From: an uncultured Pelagibacteraceae bacterium
Lineage (GTDB): Bacteria > Pseudomonadota > Alphaproteobacteria > Pelagibacterales > Pelagibacteraceae
Direction: 5' to 3'
DNA: 64,000 nucleotides
NCBI GenBank assembly: GCA_902624495.1
Contig: CACNYH010000002.1
Span: forward strand, 8,349-72,348
Part shown: positions 52,158 through 63,283 of the stretch, one piece after another
Layout: each line of letters opens with the position of its first letter
How positions within the stretch are numbered: position 1 is the first letter of the stretch
The notes under the pieces: generated by a model
Seen by the model: only the letters and a program-made list of their open reading frames with translations
Databases searched by the model: none
What the model was told of the DNA's origin: nothing
Made by a program: the position numbers and the translations under genes

Positions 52158-53663
52158 ATGAGAGATATAAAAGTAAAAGTTCATCCGTCAAAATCAAATC
52201 TAAAAAAAGAAGATCAATTAGCTTGGAAAATTGCTGAGATTGCATCAGATAAAGCGAAATTAGATAAAGATGCAGTTGATATGGTAATTAATAGAATTAT
52301 TGACAATGCATCAGTAGCTATTGCCTCTTTTAATAGATCACCAGTTACATCAGCAAGAGCAATGGCTCTAGCACATTCTAGAAAAAAAGGTGCTACAGTT
52401 TTTGGTTTAAATCCAAAAATTAAAGTAGATTGTGAGTGGGCTGCATGGGCAAATGGAACAGCTGTGAGAGAATTAGATTATCATGATACTTTTTTAGCAG
52501 CGGATTACAGTCATCCAGGCGATAATATTCCTGCAATCTTAGCAGTTGCACAACAAAAAGGATGTAATGGTAAAGATTTAATAAGAGGAATACTTACAGG
52601 TTATGAGGTGCAAGTAAACTTAGTAAAAGGCATTTGCTTACATGAACATAAAATTGATCATATAGCTCATCTAGGTCCAAGTGTTGCAGCTGGTTTAGGA
52701 AGTTTATTAAACTTAAAAACAGATGTGATTTATCAATCTATTCAACAAGCATTACATACTACTGTCTCTACAAGACAATCTCGAAAAGGAGAAATATCTA
52801 GTTGGAAAGCTTTTGCACCAGCACATGCTGGCAAGCTTGCAGTGGAGGCAGTCGATAGATGTATGCGAGGCGAGGGCGCTCCTTCACCGATTTATGAGGG
52901 AGAAGATAGCGTCATAGCTTATGTTTTGTCTGGACCAGATAAAGAATATTCCGTTCCATTACCAAATGTAAATGAGCCTAAGCGAGCGATACTTGAAACT
53001 TACACCAAAGAGCATTCAGCAGAATATCAATCCCAAGCTTTGATTGATTTAGCTAGAAGCTTAAATAAAAAAATTTCTAATATTGGTGATATTGAAAATA
53101 TTTTAATTGAAACAAGTCACCACACTCATTACGTAATTGGTACCGGAGCAAATGATCCTCAAAAAATGGATCCAAAAGCAAGTAGGGAAACTTTAGATCA
53201 TTCTATAATGTATATTTTTGCAGTAGCGCTAGAAGATGGTGCTTGGCATCATGTAAAATCCTACACTCCTAAAAGAGCGCAAAGAAAAAGCACTGTTGAA
53301 CTTTGGCAAAAAATTTCAACTAAAGAGGATCCAAAATGGACTGAAAAATATCATGATCCTAACCCTAAAAATAAATGTTTTGGGGGAAAAGTAGTTATTA
53401 CAATGAAAGATGGATCTACAATATCAGAAGAAATTAACGTTGCAGATGCACATCCAGCTGGCAAAAAACCTTTTTTGCGTAAAGAATATATAAATAAATT
53501 CAAAAGTTTAACTGAAGGCATTATTTCAAAAAAAGAGTCGGATAGATTTTTAAAATGTGTGCAAAATCTCTCAAAATTAAAAGCAAAAGATTTAACAGGT
53601 TTAAATGTAGAGGTTACCTCATCAGTGAAAAATAAATCCAAAAGTAGTAAGGGTATCTTTTAA
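52158..53663 (+). CDS. prpD: 2-methylcitrate dehydratase (MmgE/PrpD)
   Basis: [33 protein letters not shown]. Confidence 0.9.
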   Translation: MRDIKVKVHPSKSNLKKEDQLAWKIAEIASDKAKLDKDAVDMVINRIIDNASVAIASFNRSPVTSARAMALAHSRKKGATVFGLNPKIKVDCEWAAWANGTAVRELDYHDTFLAADYSHPGDNIPAILAVAQQKGCNGKDLIRGILTGYEVQVNLVKGICLHEHKIDHIAHLGPSVAAGLGSLLNLKTDVIYQSIQQALHTTVSTRQSRKGEISSWKAFAPAHAGKLAVEAVDRCMRGEGAPSPIYEGEDSVIAYVLSGPDKEYSVPLPNVNEPKRAILETYTKEHSAEYQSQALIDLARSLNKKISNIGDIENILIETSHHTHYVIGTGANDPQKMDPKASRETLDHSIMYIFAVALEDGAWHHVKSYTPKRAQRKSTVELWQKISTKEDPKWTEKYHDPNPKNKCFGGKVVITMKDGSTISEEINVADAHPAGKKPFLRKEYINKFKSLTEGIISKKESDRFLKCVQNLSKLKAKDLTGLNVEVTSSVKNKSKSSKGIF

Positions 53664-54626
53664 TTATTTGATTTTCTTTGCTAAGTCATTAGCACTTAAC
53701 CAAGCATTTTCAACTTTAGGACCGATAAACCAATCAGCGCACAATCCTAACCTCAATTTTTTGTTCCAATAACTTTTTAAAGGTGAACCATTTAAATTAT
53801 ATGAATATTTCCATCCGTGTGTTTTTTTGAAAATAATTTTATTTTTTTTATACCCTGTAAAGTTTAAAAATTTTGAAATCAAAGTATTTTCTGCTTTATT
53901 ACTTTTTTTATAATGATTTATATTTTTTTTAGCCCACTCAACCGAGGACTGCAATGTCCAAAGAGAATTTGAAGAGTTAAATCTACTTTTACTATTTTCA
54001 TGAGCTGCCCAAGTTAAAATATCATCATTAAATTTTATACTACTCACAGGAACAGCTTTTTGATTTTTAAAAGCTAACATTGTTGTAATGTTTGGCTCCA
54101 TATTTATCTTTAAATTCGATATTTTTTTTTCTAAATATTTTCCTGCTATTTTTTTTGATTGAGGGAATGGACAAGTTAATATTATTGACTTAGCTTGAAT
54201 ATATTCACCATTATCTAGTTTTATTTCCCAGAAGAATTTATTATTAAAAATTGATTTGACTGAAGATTGAAAATTTTTTTTTATTTTTTTGGTATAAAAT
54301 TTAGAAATAAAATTGTTGCCTTTCATGCCAATAAATTTTTCTGAAATTTCTTTTTTTTCAAAGGTAAAATCTAAATGATTTCCAGTCCAAATTTGTGCTT
54401 CTTTTTTTTTACAAAGAGTTTTTATAAACTTTAAAAATTCTTTCGATTTTGGAGAAATATATTGAACCCCATGGTCAAAACTTAAATTTTGTTTAAATCT
54501 TTTATTTGATGCGCGTCCTCCTGGGCCTCTAGCTTTTTCAAGAATATGCACAGAGTACTTTTTTGAGAGAAGGTAAGCTATTGTAGAGCCAGATACACCT
54601 GACCCTATAACACAAAAGTCCAACAT
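53664..54626 (-). CDS. NAD(P)/FAD-dependent oxidoreductase (renalase-like)
   Basis: GSGVSG, EKARGPGGR, FDHGVQY, CADW...VENAWLS. Confidence 0.85.
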   Translation of the reverse strand: MLDFCVIGSGVSGSTIAYLLSKKYSVHILEKARGPGGRASNKRFKQNLSFDHGVQYISPKSKEFLKFIKTLCKKKEAQIWTGNHLDFTFEKKEISEKFIGMKGNNFISKFYTKKIKKNFQSSVKSIFNNKFFWEIKLDNGEYIQAKSIILTCPFPQSKKIAGKYLEKKISNLKINMEPNITTMLAFKNQKAVPVSSIKFNDDILTWAAHENSKSRFNSSNSLWTLQSSVEWAKKNINHYKKSNKAENTLISKFLNFTGYKKNKIIFKKTHGWKYSYNLNGSPLKSYWNKKLRLGLCADWFIGPKVENAWLSANDLAKKIK

Positions 54627-55243
54627 TATAAGAACAAAAATTTATATTTTTCATTAATTGAAAGAACTTCATAACTTACAAGCCCTCCAATTATCAATTG
54701 TATTGAAATTACTAAAATTACAAATAAACCTAAATATCCAAGCCAAATATGTTTTTTGATATATTCAGCAAAAAAACTTGCAAGGGTAGCTATTAAAAAC
54801 ACTGATAATAGCAAACCTATCACCATTAAATGAAAATTACCCTTAGAAGCTGCAACAACAGCAATAGTATTATCAAAACTTAATGTAAGATCTGCAATTA
54901 AGACTTGATAAACTCCCATGCTAAAACTTTTAGTTTCAGAGGACTTAAGTTGTGGTGTTTTAATTTTATTTTTTCCAAAAAAGTCTTGTCTTAAATTGTT
55001 AATAACCCATAGAAGCAAAACACCGCCAAGGATTTTAATCCAAGCAAATTCAAACAGATAATTAGCTCCGGATGCAAAAACAATTCTAAACAAGAATGCT
55101 GCAGCAACACCCCATGCTATAATTTTTCTTCTATTTTCTGTTGCAAATCCCGCAGCGATTAAACCTATTATGATCGCGTTATCCGCAGCCATAACTATAT
55201 CTATGAGGATTATTTGTACTGAGATAATTACTTGCTCTAACAT
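54626..55243 (-). CDS. TerC/YjbE family integral membrane protein
   Basis: IDIVMAADNA, ADLTLSFDN; start placed at MLEQV (55243) to avoid overlap with the MATE gene. Confidence 0.87.
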   Translation of the reverse strand: MLEQVIISVQIILIDIVMAADNAIIIGLIAAGFATENRRKIIAWGVAAAFLFRIVFASGANYLFEFAWIKILGGVLLLWVINNLRQDFFGKNKIKTPQLKSSETKSFSMGVYQVLIADLTLSFDNTIAVVAASKGNFHLMVIGLLLSVFLIATLASFFAEYIKKHIWLGYLGLFVILVISIQLIIGGLVSYEVLSINEKYKFLFL

Positions 55244-55290
55244 TCGAGAATCAATGTATATAAGGTTATTAAGATATATTAAAGAATAAA

Positions 55291-56616
55291 ATGGAACTGT
55301 TAAAAAGCTCATCAAAATTTTCAAAAAAACAAATAATTTTGTTGTCCATACCGGTTTTTTTTTCAAACATGGCTATTCCATTAGTAGGAATGGTTGATAC
55401 AGGTTTGATGGGTAATTTAAGCGAATCTAAGTATTTGGCAGCAACCAGTATAGCTACATCAGTTATGACTATGATTGTTTGGAGTTTTGGTTTTTTAAGA
55501 ATGGGGACTGTGGGAATAGTTGCACAGGCTTATGGAAGAAGCGATTATAGGGAGATAGTAAAAACGATTTTAAGAAATTTAGTCCTTGCTTTAATTGCAG
55601 CATTTATAATAATTATTTTCTTTCCAGCCTTAAAAATTGCAATTAGTTATTTTTTCTCTCCCTCTGATGAAACAGAGGTATTGATAAAAGATTATTTAAA
55701 TGTGAGAATTTTTTCAATACCTGCAGAATTAATTATTTATGTTCTAGTGGGTTTTTATTTAGGTATACAAAAAACTAAAATTTCAAGTTTTTTGATTATT
55801 GTTCTATCAAGTTTGAATATCATTTTTAGTTCTTTGCTGGTACTAACATATAATTTAGACGTTTTTGGTGTTGCTCTAGGAACATTAATTTCAAGTTATA
55901 TAACCTTAATTATTTTCCTGTTATTTACCTATAATTATATTATTCAAAAATTTAAAGTTATTCCTAAATTTGAAAATTTAGTAGTAAAGTCCAAATTACT
56001 GAAACTTTTTAATATAAATTTAGATATTTTTATAAGAACTTTATTTATAACATTTGCTTTTCTATGGGTAACTTATCTTGGTTCAAAAATTGGAGAAGAC
56101 TATTTAGCAGTCAATACAATATTAATGCAATTTATAATTTTATCATCATTCTTCTTAGATGCTTATGCATTTTCGACTGAGGGATTAGTAGGTTTTACTT
56201 TAGGGAGGAGAAACCTAAAATCTTTTTTAGAGGTTGTAAAAAATTCTCTTTATGTAAGTTTTATCACTGCTATAATTATTTCAATAATCTATTTAATATT
56301 TTTTAAAGAAATAATTTATATCATTACTGATATTGAGATTTTAAGATTTATTTCTTTCCAACATATTTTATGGGTAATTATAATTCCACCGATTGCTTGT
56401 TTTTGTTATCAATTAGATGGAATATTTATTGGAGCGTCCCAAACAAAAGAAATTAGGAATGCAATGATTATATCTGTTTTGAGTTATATTGGGATATCAA
56501 TCCTCTTAACAAAATATCTAGACAATCATGGTATTTGGTTATCTCTTTTGTTATTCATGATATTTAGGTCCCTAACTTTACAATATTATTTTAAAAATAT
56601 TTTGAAAAGATTTTAG
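55291..56616 (+). CDS. MATE family efflux transporter (DinF-like)
   Basis: PLVGMVDT, FGFLRMGT, LDAYA, LDGIFIG. Confidence 0.9.
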   Translation: MELLKSSSKFSKKQIILLSIPVFFSNMAIPLVGMVDTGLMGNLSESKYLAATSIATSVMTMIVWSFGFLRMGTVGIVAQAYGRSDYREIVKTILRNLVLALIAAFIIIIFFPALKIAISYFFSPSDETEVLIKDYLNVRIFSIPAELIIYVLVGFYLGIQKTKISSFLIIVLSSLNIIFSSLLVLTYNLDVFGVALGTLISSYITLIIFLLFTYNYIIQKFKVIPKFENLVVKSKLLKLFNINLDIFIRTLFITFAFLWVTYLGSKIGEDYLAVNTILMQFIILSSFFLDAYAFSTEGLVGFTLGRRNLKSFLEVVKNSLYVSFITAIIISIIYLIFFKEIIYIITDIEILRFISFQHILWVIIIPPIACFCYQLDGIFIGASQTKEIRNAMIISVLSYIGISILLTKYLDNHGIWLSLLLFMIFRSLTLQYYFKNILKRF

Positions 56617-57480
56617 ATGCAATTTTTATATAAAATACCAGGTTATATTTTACTATTATTTGGTGGATTTTGTTTAAGCTGGGGAGGGTTCATAATTAGA
56701 TCTTTTGAAGAAGCAAGTATCTGGCAAATATTATTTCTTAGATCATTTTTTTTTGTTTTAGCTCTAACAGCTTTTCTTTTGGTAACTTATAAAAAAAACA
56801 CCTTTAATATTATAAAGGAGTCTGGCCTCCCGGGATTATTAGGTGGTTTTGTTTTATCATTTAGCTTTGTTGCCTTTGTAGTCTCGATGAGCAACACAAC
56901 AGTAGCAAATGTCGTGTTTATTATAAGCACTCAAACTATGTTTCTGGCAATATTTGGCTACTTTTATCTAAAAGAAAAAGTTTCTTTAATCGGTTTAATA
57001 TCAATCTTTCTTGCTATGAGTGGCATTGTTATAATGGTTGGAGACTCTATTTCAGGCGGATCATTATTTGGAAATGTGGTTGCATTAGCAATCCCAATAA
57101 ATTTTGCGATTTTAGTAATGATAATTAGAAAAAACAATAATGTTGATATGGTTCCGGCAATTTTTTATTCTGGAATATTTAGTTTGATTTACGGTTTTTT
57201 CTTAGCAGAGTCCTTTGAATTCACTAAACATGATCTATGGATGGGTTTTCTTCTTGGTGTTCCGCAATTAGCAGTTAGCTTTATTTGTATTACAATTGGA
57301 TCAAGAAAAGTTGAGTCAGCAACAGTTGGAATTTTAATGTTGATGGAAACTTTATGTGCGCCTATTTGGGTATGGGTATTTTTGAATGAAATTCCTCCAA
57401 TAAGTGTATTCATAGGTGGTACAGTCATTATTTCTGCAATAATATTGAAGAGTTTTGATAAAAAACAAAGCAAGACTTGA
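56617..57480 (+). CDS. DMT/EamA family transporter
   Basis: About 10 TM, TTVANV, LKEKV, ETLCAPIWVW. Confidence 0.88.
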   Translation: MQFLYKIPGYILLLFGGFCLSWGGFIIRSFEEASIWQILFLRSFFFVLALTAFLLVTYKKNTFNIIKESGLPGLLGGFVLSFSFVAFVVSMSNTTVANVVFIISTQTMFLAIFGYFYLKEKVSLIGLISIFLAMSGIVIMVGDSISGGSLFGNVVALAIPINFAILVMIIRKNNNVDMVPAIFYSGIFSLIYGFFLAESFEFTKHDLWMGFLLGVPQLAVSFICITIGSRKVESATVGILMLMETLCAPIWVWVFLNEIPPISVFIGGTVIISAIILKSFDKKQSKT

Positions 57481-57527
57481 ATAATTTGCATTTGACTTTT
57501 TACAGTATTTAGAGGAGAGTCCTTTTC

Positions 57528-57672
57528 GTAACGGGAGAGACCATTTAGGCGCCGAAGGAGCAACCACCCCGGAAACTCTCAGGCAAAAGGACCGTTACCG
57601 TAATAACTCTGGAAAGCAGGCGAAAGCCTCACCGAAGGATTAAATCTCTCAGGTACATAGACAGATGGGGTT
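57528..57672 (+). ncRNA. Tandem glycine riboswitch
   Basis: Aptamer 1 GGGAGAG...CCGAAGGAGCAA...AAACTCTCAGGCAAAAGGAC with P1 GTAACGG/CCGTTAC; aptamer 2 CTCTGGAAAG...CACCGAAGG...TCTCTCAGGT...GACAGA; upstream of gcvT. Confidence 0.96.
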
Positions 57673-57691
57673 AGATTAGAAAAGAGTTATT

Positions 57692-58786
57692 ATGGAAGTA
57701 CAAAAAACAGCTTTATATAATTACCACAAAAACTTAGGAGCAAAATTTGTTCCGTTTGCTGGCTATGAAATGCCTATCCAATACAAAGATGGTATTGTCA
57801 AAGAGCATATTTCTACAAGAACACACGCTGGTTTTTTTGATGTATCACATATGGGACAATTTTTTTTAGAAGGGGATGAATCATTAATTGAATCCTTAGA
57901 AAAAATTATACCTGCAGATTTAAAAAATTTAAAAATCAACCATTCAAAATATTCTTTTTTACTGAATAATGAAGGTGGAATAATTGATGATTTAATCATT
58001 ACGAGAACTGAAAAAGGTTTTTGTATAATTTTGAATGCTGCTTGTAAGGAAAACGATATTAAACAAATTTCACAATTTTTAAAAAAAAATCATAAACATC
58101 TTTTAAACAACGATTTATCTTTAATAGCATTACAAGGACCTAAATCTGTAGAGATTTTAGAAAAATTAATTCCGGGTGTTGCTAATTTAAAATTTATGAC
58201 AGGTAGTAATTTTGAATATGAAGGTGAAAATCTTTATGTAACAAGATCTGGATATACAGGTGAAGACGGTTTTGAAATCTCAATTTCAAACACAAAAGTT
58301 GAAAAGCTCATAGATTACTTAATCTCAAATGAAGTTAAACCGATAGGTTTAGGAGCTAGAGACACATTAAGATTGGAGGCAGGTCTGTGTTTATATGGTC
58401 ATGATTTAAATGAAAAAATAAACCCTGTAGAGGCTAATTTAAAGTGGGCTATAGCAAAAAAAAGGAAAGAAGTTGGCGGCTTTAATGGATGGGAAAAAAT
58501 AAAAAATTTATTAGTAAACGGAAGTGAAAAAATTAGAGTTGGTATAAAGCCAGATGGAAAAGTTATAGCTAGAGAAAATACTAAAATCTTTTCGTCAGAT
58601 AATAATGAAATAGGATTCGTTACAAGTGGCACTTTTGGCCCGAGTGTGAACGCTCCAGTTGCAATGGGATATGTTAAATCAGAATTTTCTAAAATAGGTA
58701 CATCTATTCAGCTTGAAGTAAGAGGAAAAAAATATGGGGGTAAGATTTCTGAACTTCCATTTTATAAAAAAAGTTATGTTAAATAA
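57692..58786 (+). CDS. gcvT: Glycine cleavage aminomethyltransferase T
   Basis: FAGYEMP, FDVSHMG, RSGYTGEDGFE, ARDTLRLEAG. Confidence 0.97.
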   Translation: MEVQKTALYNYHKNLGAKFVPFAGYEMPIQYKDGIVKEHISTRTHAGFFDVSHMGQFFLEGDESLIESLEKIIPADLKNLKINHSKYSFLLNNEGGIIDDLIITRTEKGFCIILNAACKENDIKQISQFLKKNHKHLLNNDLSLIALQGPKSVEILEKLIPGVANLKFMTGSNFEYEGENLYVTRSGYTGEDGFEISISNTKVEKLIDYLISNEVKPIGLGARDTLRLEAGLCLYGHDLNEKINPVEANLKWAIAKKRKEVGGFNGWEKIKNLLVNGSEKIRVGIKPDGKVIARENTKIFSSDNNEIGFVTSGTFGPSVNAPVAMGYVKSEFSKIGTSIQLEVRGKKYGGKISELPFYKKSYVK

Positions 58787-58798
58787 GGGTAAACAAAT

Positions 58799-59179
58799 AT
58801 GAGTGAAAAAAAATTTTCTAAAAAACACGAATGGGTCTCATTGGACGGAGACGTTGCTACAGTAGGAATAACTAAGCATGCAACAGAAATGCTCGGTGAT
58901 ATTGTTTTTGTGGAGGTTCCTGATGCAGGAAAAGCCGTAGAAAAAGAAGGTCAAGCAGCCGTTGTAGAGTCTACCAAAGCTGCGAGTGATGTTTATTCTC
59001 CTATTTCTGGAGAAATTACTGAGGGAAATAAAGCTATTGCTGATGACCCCGGGAGCGTGAATACTGACCCTGAAGGTGCGAGCTGGTTTTTTAAGTTAAA
59101 GATAAAAGATAAAGGTGAGTATGATTCCCTTATGTCAAAAGACGAATATGATAAATTTTGTAAGGAGAACCCAAGTTAA
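58799..59179 (+). CDS. gcvH: Glycine cleavage H protein
   Basis: [23 protein letters not shown] (lipoyl lysine). Confidence 0.97.
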   Translation: MSEKKFSKKHEWVSLDGDVATVGITKHATEMLGDIVFVEVPDAGKAVEKEGQAAVVESTKAASDVYSPISGEITEGNKAIADDPGSVNTDPEGASWFFKLKIKDKGEYDSLMSKDEYDKFCKENPS

Positions 59180-62047
59180 ATGATTGACGATAATTCAAAA
59201 GAATTTATTAAAAGACACATTGGCCCTTCTGAGGAAGATCAGTCTAAAATGTTGCAATACGTTGGGTATAAGTCGCTAGAGGATTTAATGAGCAATACTG
59301 TGCCAGAAAAAATCTTATTAAAAGATGATCTTAAAATTGATCAGCCAATGTCAGAAAACGATGCTTTAAAAAAGTTAAAATCTATATCTAAAAAAAATAA
59401 AATCTTTAAAAATTTTATTGGAATGGGATACTATAATTCTATTACACCTAATGTAATTCTTAGAAATATTTTAGAAAATCCAGGATGGTACACTTCTTAT
59501 ACACCATATCAGCCTGAAGTTGCGCAAGGTCGTCTTGAAATGCTTTTAAATTTTCAACAATCAATAATAGACTTGACGGGTATGGATATAGCTAACGCCT
59601 CTTTATTGGATGAAGCAACAGCAACAGCAGAAGCAGTAGGTTTAAGCCAGAGATTAGATAAGACTAATTCAAAAAAAATATTTATCTCAAGCAATTGTAA
59701 CCCTCAAACAATTGATCTCATAAAAACAAGAACAAATCCTTTTGGTTTAGAATTGATCATTGGTGATGAAAAAAAAGAACTTACTAAAATTAAAGAGGAT
59801 ATTATTTGTGGAGTTTTATCATATCCTGGCACTTTAGGAGAGATAAACGATCCTAGTGAAAGTATTAGTCAAATACACAAAAAAAACGGTAAAGCTATTT
59901 TGATTTGTGATCTATTGGCTTTAGCTAGATTAAAAACTCCAGCTGAACTTGGAGCTGACATTGCTGTCGGAAGCGCTCAAAGATTTGGTATTCCAATGGG
60001 ATACGGTGGACCTCACGCAGCATTTTTTGCAACTAAAGAGGAATTTAAAAGATCAATGCCGGGAAGAATTATAGGCGTTTCAAAAGATAGACACGGAAAA
60101 AAAGCTTACAGGCTCTCTTTACAAACTAGGGAGCAACACATTAGAAGAGATAAAGCAACAAGCAATATTTGCACTGCTCAAGCATTATTAGCTATCATTT
60201 CTGCTGCCTTTGCAATTTATCATGGACCTGAAGGAATACTTAAAATAGCGAATAGAACTTCTAAATTAGCTAAAATTTTTGCTGATAACATTAAAACAGG
60301 TGGTTACAAAATTTTATCAGATCATTTTTTCGATACCGTTACAATTAAGACCAATGAAAAAACAAATCCTATTTATGAAGCTGCATTAAAAGAGAATATA
60401 AACCTTAGAAAAGTTGATAAAGATCATTTATCAGTTGCTTTTGATGAAGCAAAAAAACTTGATGATGTAAACTTATTATTAAAGATATTTGGAATATCGA
60501 ATGTAATTAAACAAGATGTTAAGGTTGAACTAGATAATCTTCCAAAAAATCTTTTAAGAACTTCAAAATATTTAACTCATCCAGTTTTTAACAAATATCA
60601 TTCTGAAACTGAGATGCTAAGGTATCTAAAGAAACTAGAAGATTGTGATATTGCACTAAATAGGTCAATGATTGCTTTAGGATCTTGCACAATGAAACTC
60701 AATGCAACAGCAGAATTAATTCCTATTACCTGGAAAGAGTTTTCACTTCCACATCCTTTTGTTCCTACAAATCAAATGGAGGGTTATAAGATTCTTTTTA
60801 ACGATCTAATAAACGACCTGAAAGAAATTACTGGATATGATGCAGTTTCTTTACAGCCTAACTCTGGGGCTCAAGGAGAGTATGCAGGTCTAATGACTAT
60901 AAGAAAATTCCACAAAAATAATAAACAAGAAAATCGTAACGTTTGTCTAATTCCGGATTCAGCTCATGGAACTAATCCAGCAAGTGCACAAATGTGTGGG
61001 ATGAAAGTGGTTGTAGTTAATTGTGATGATGATGGAAACGTAGATATAGACGATCTTAAAAATAAAGCTGAAAAACACTCAAAAGATTTAGCTGCTTTAA
61101 TGGTAACTTACCCTTCTACTCATGGAGTGTTTGAGGAAAAAATCATGGATATTTGTGAAGTTATTCATAAGCACGGCGGACAAGTTTATATGGATGGAGC
61201 AAATCTAAACGCACTTGTAGGTGTCGCAAAACCAGGGAAATTCGGACCAGATGTTTGTCATATTAATTTACATAAAACATTTTGTATACCTCACGGTGGA
61301 GGCGGACCAGGAATGGGTCCAATTGCTTGTGCTAAACACTTAGCTGAATTTTTACCAACACATGAAATTATTAAAGAAGCCGGCCCTAAGAATGGAATGG
61401 GAGCTGTATCAGCTGCTCCTTGGGGTAGTTCAAGTATACTTCCAATATCTTGGATGTATATAAAGATGATGGGTGCTGAAGGATTGAAAAAAGCCTCACA
61501 AGTTTCAATTTTAAATGCAAATTACATTTCAAAAAAATTATCCAAAGATTATAAAGTTCTTTACACTGGTAAAAATGGAAATGTTGCACATGAATGTATA
61601 ATTGATATCCGACCAATTAAAGCAAGTTCAGGTATCTCTGAAGAGGACTTAGCAAAAAGACTAATTGACTTTGGCTACCATGCTCCAACAATGTCATGGC
61701 CTGTCGCTGGCACAATCATGATTGAGCCAACTGAGAGTGAGAATTTGGAGGAAATCGATAAATTTTGTAATGCACTTATAAAAATTAAAAAAGAGATAAA
61801 TTTAGTGGAGTCATCAAAATTTGACAAAATAGATAACCCGCTAAAAAATGCACCTCATACTTATGTCGAATTAGCTTCTAGCGAGTGGAAGCATGCTTAC
61901 TCAAGAGAGGAAGCAGCTTTTCCAACTGAGTATGTAAAAAATAATAAATATTGGGCACCAGTTGCTAGAGTCGATAATGTTTTTGGAGATAGAAATTTAG
62001 TATGTTCATGTCCTTCAATGGACGAATATAAAGATGAAGCCGCTTAA
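59180..62047 (+). CDS. gcvP: Glycine dehydrogenase (decarboxylating), P protein
   Basis: RHIGP, YTPYQPEVAQGRLE, HGTNPASA, LHKTFCIPHGGGGPG, EPTESE. Confidence 0.98.
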   Translation: MIDDNSKEFIKRHIGPSEEDQSKMLQYVGYKSLEDLMSNTVPEKILLKDDLKIDQPMSENDALKKLKSISKKNKIFKNFIGMGYYNSITPNVILRNILENPGWYTSYTPYQPEVAQGRLEMLLNFQQSIIDLTGMDIANASLLDEATATAEAVGLSQRLDKTNSKKIFISSNCNPQTIDLIKTRTNPFGLELIIGDEKKELTKIKEDIICGVLSYPGTLGEINDPSESISQIHKKNGKAILICDLLALARLKTPAELGADIAVGSAQRFGIPMGYGGPHAAFFATKEEFKRSMPGRIIGVSKDRHGKKAYRLSLQTREQHIRRDKATSNICTAQALLAIISAAFAIYHGPEGILKIANRTSKLAKIFADNIKTGGYKILSDHFFDTVTIKTNEKTNPIYEAALKENINLRKVDKDHLSVAFDEAKKLDDVNLLLKIFGISNVIKQDVKVELDNLPKNLLRTSKYLTHPVFNKYHSETEMLRYLKKLEDCDIALNRSMIALGSCTMKLNATAELIPITWKEFSLPHPFVPTNQMEGYKILFNDLINDLKEITGYDAVSLQPNSGAQGEYAGLMTIRKFHKNNKQENRNVCLIPDSAHGTNPASAQMCGMKVVVVNCDDDGNVDIDDLKNKAEKHSKDLAALMVTYPSTHGVFEEKIMDICEVIHKHGGQVYMDGANLNALVGVAKPGKFGPDVCHINLHKTFCIPHGGGGPGMGPIACAKHLAEFLPTHEIIKEAGPKNGMGAVSAAPWGSSSILPISWMYIKMMGAEGLKKASQVSILNANYISKKLSKDYKVLYTGKNGNVAHECIIDIRPIKASSGISEEDLAKRLIDFGYHAPTMSWPVAGTIMIEPTESENLEEIDKFCNALIKIKKEINLVESSKFDKIDNPLKNAPHTYVELASSEWKHAYSREEAAFPTEYVKNNKYWAPVARVDNVFGDRNLVCSCPSMDEYKDEAA

Positions 62048-62056
62048 TCCTTTTTA

Positions 62057-63283
62057 ATGAAAATTGCTGTTATCGGCTCAGGTATCTCAGGATTATCCTC
62101 CGCATATTTTCTTTCAAAAAAATATAAAGTTGATCTATACGAAAAAGACGATCACTTTGGAGGACATTCTTTTACCTACGAGATTAAAGAGGGTGATAAG
62201 ATTGTTCCAGTAGATTTAGGTTTTATTGTTTTTAATGAGGTCACGTACCCAAATTTAATAAATTTTTTTAATGAATTAAAAGTTCCTTATGAAAAAAGTA
62301 ACATGTCATTTTCTGTATCAATTAAGAATAGTAATGTTGAATATAGCGGAAGTGGTTTAGGAGGTATTTTTGCCAATAAATTAAATTTTTTTAATTTAAA
62401 ATTTTTAAATATGATTAGAGAAATAATTTCATTTTATAAAGCCGCTCCAAAATTACTTGAAAATGAAATTAAAGAGGAAACCCTAGGCAGTTTTCTTAAT
62501 AAAAGAAAGTTATCAAATTATTTTATTGAGTATCACCTAATACCTATGGTTGCAGCTATCTGGTCCATGCCATTTAATAAAGCAAAGGAAATGCCATTAA
62601 AATTTTTTTTAAATTTTTTTACTAATCATGGCTTATTTAAATTTAAAGATAGACCACAATGGTTTACAGTTTCAAATAGAAGTAGAGCTTATGTAAAAAA
62701 AGTAACAGATAAAATTAGCGGGGAAATTTTTAAAAATTATAAAGTGGATAAGTTAATTAGAAGTGATGACAATATCAGAGTAATTATTGGCAATGAATAT
62801 ATTGACTACGATCAAGTAGTTCTAGCCTCCCATGCAGACCAAAGTCTAAGAATGTTAGAAAATCCAACCGAACAAGAAAAAAATATATTGGAAAAATTTA
62901 GTTATGTAAAAAATGAGGCTTATTTACATACTGATGATAGATTAATGCCTCTTAAAAAAAGGGCATGGTCTAGTTGGAACTCTATTTCAGATGGAGAAAA
63001 GACATGTATTACCTATTGGTTAAATAAACTACAAAATTTAGATACAACCAAAGATTATTTTTTAACTTTAAACCCTATTTATAAAATTAATGAAAATTCT
63101 GTTATAAAAAAAATAAATTTTACTCATCCTTATTTGAACTCAAAGAATACTGCGCTTCAAAAAGACCTAAGACTAATACAGGGAAAAAAAAGGACTTGGT
63201 TTTGTGGGAGTTATTTTGGTTACGGTTTTCATGAAGATGGATTAAAATCATCTATAGATTTGATAAATAACTTTAAAATTTGA
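62057..63283 (+). CDS. FAD-dependent oxidoreductase (amine-oxidase-like, typical partner of DUF1365)
   Basis: GSGISGL, GGHS, VDLGFIVFN..TYPN, AWSSWN, GYGFHEDG. Confidence 0.88.
   Translation: MKIAVIGSGISGLSSAYFLSKKYKVDLYEKDDHFGGHSFTYEIKEGDKIVPVDLGFIVFNEVTYPNLINFFNELKVPYEKSNMSFSVSIKNSNVEYSGSGLGGIFANKLNFFNLKFLNMIREIISFYKAAPKLLENEIKEETLGSFLNKRKLSNYFIEYHLIPMVAAIWSMPFNKAKEMPLKFFLNFFTNHGLFKFKDRPQWFTVSNRSRAYVKKVTDKISGEIFKNYKVDKLIRSDDNIRVIIGNEYIDYDQVVLASHADQSLRMLENPTEQEKNILEKFSYVKNEAYLHTDDRLMPLKKRAWSSWNSISDGEKTCITYWLNKLQNLDTTKDYFLTLNPIYKINENSVIKKINFTHPYLNSKNTALQKDLRLIQGKKRTWFCGSYFGYGFHEDGLKSSIDLINNFKI

Noticed and set aside
55244-55366. N-terminal extension of the TerC-family ORF in the track
   Set aside because: Overlaps the divergent MATE gene; family similarity begins after MLEQV at 55243.
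57189-57567. Minus-strand ORFs running through the glycine riboswitch
   Set aside because: Antisense to the DMT gene and to the structured RNA; no coding signal.
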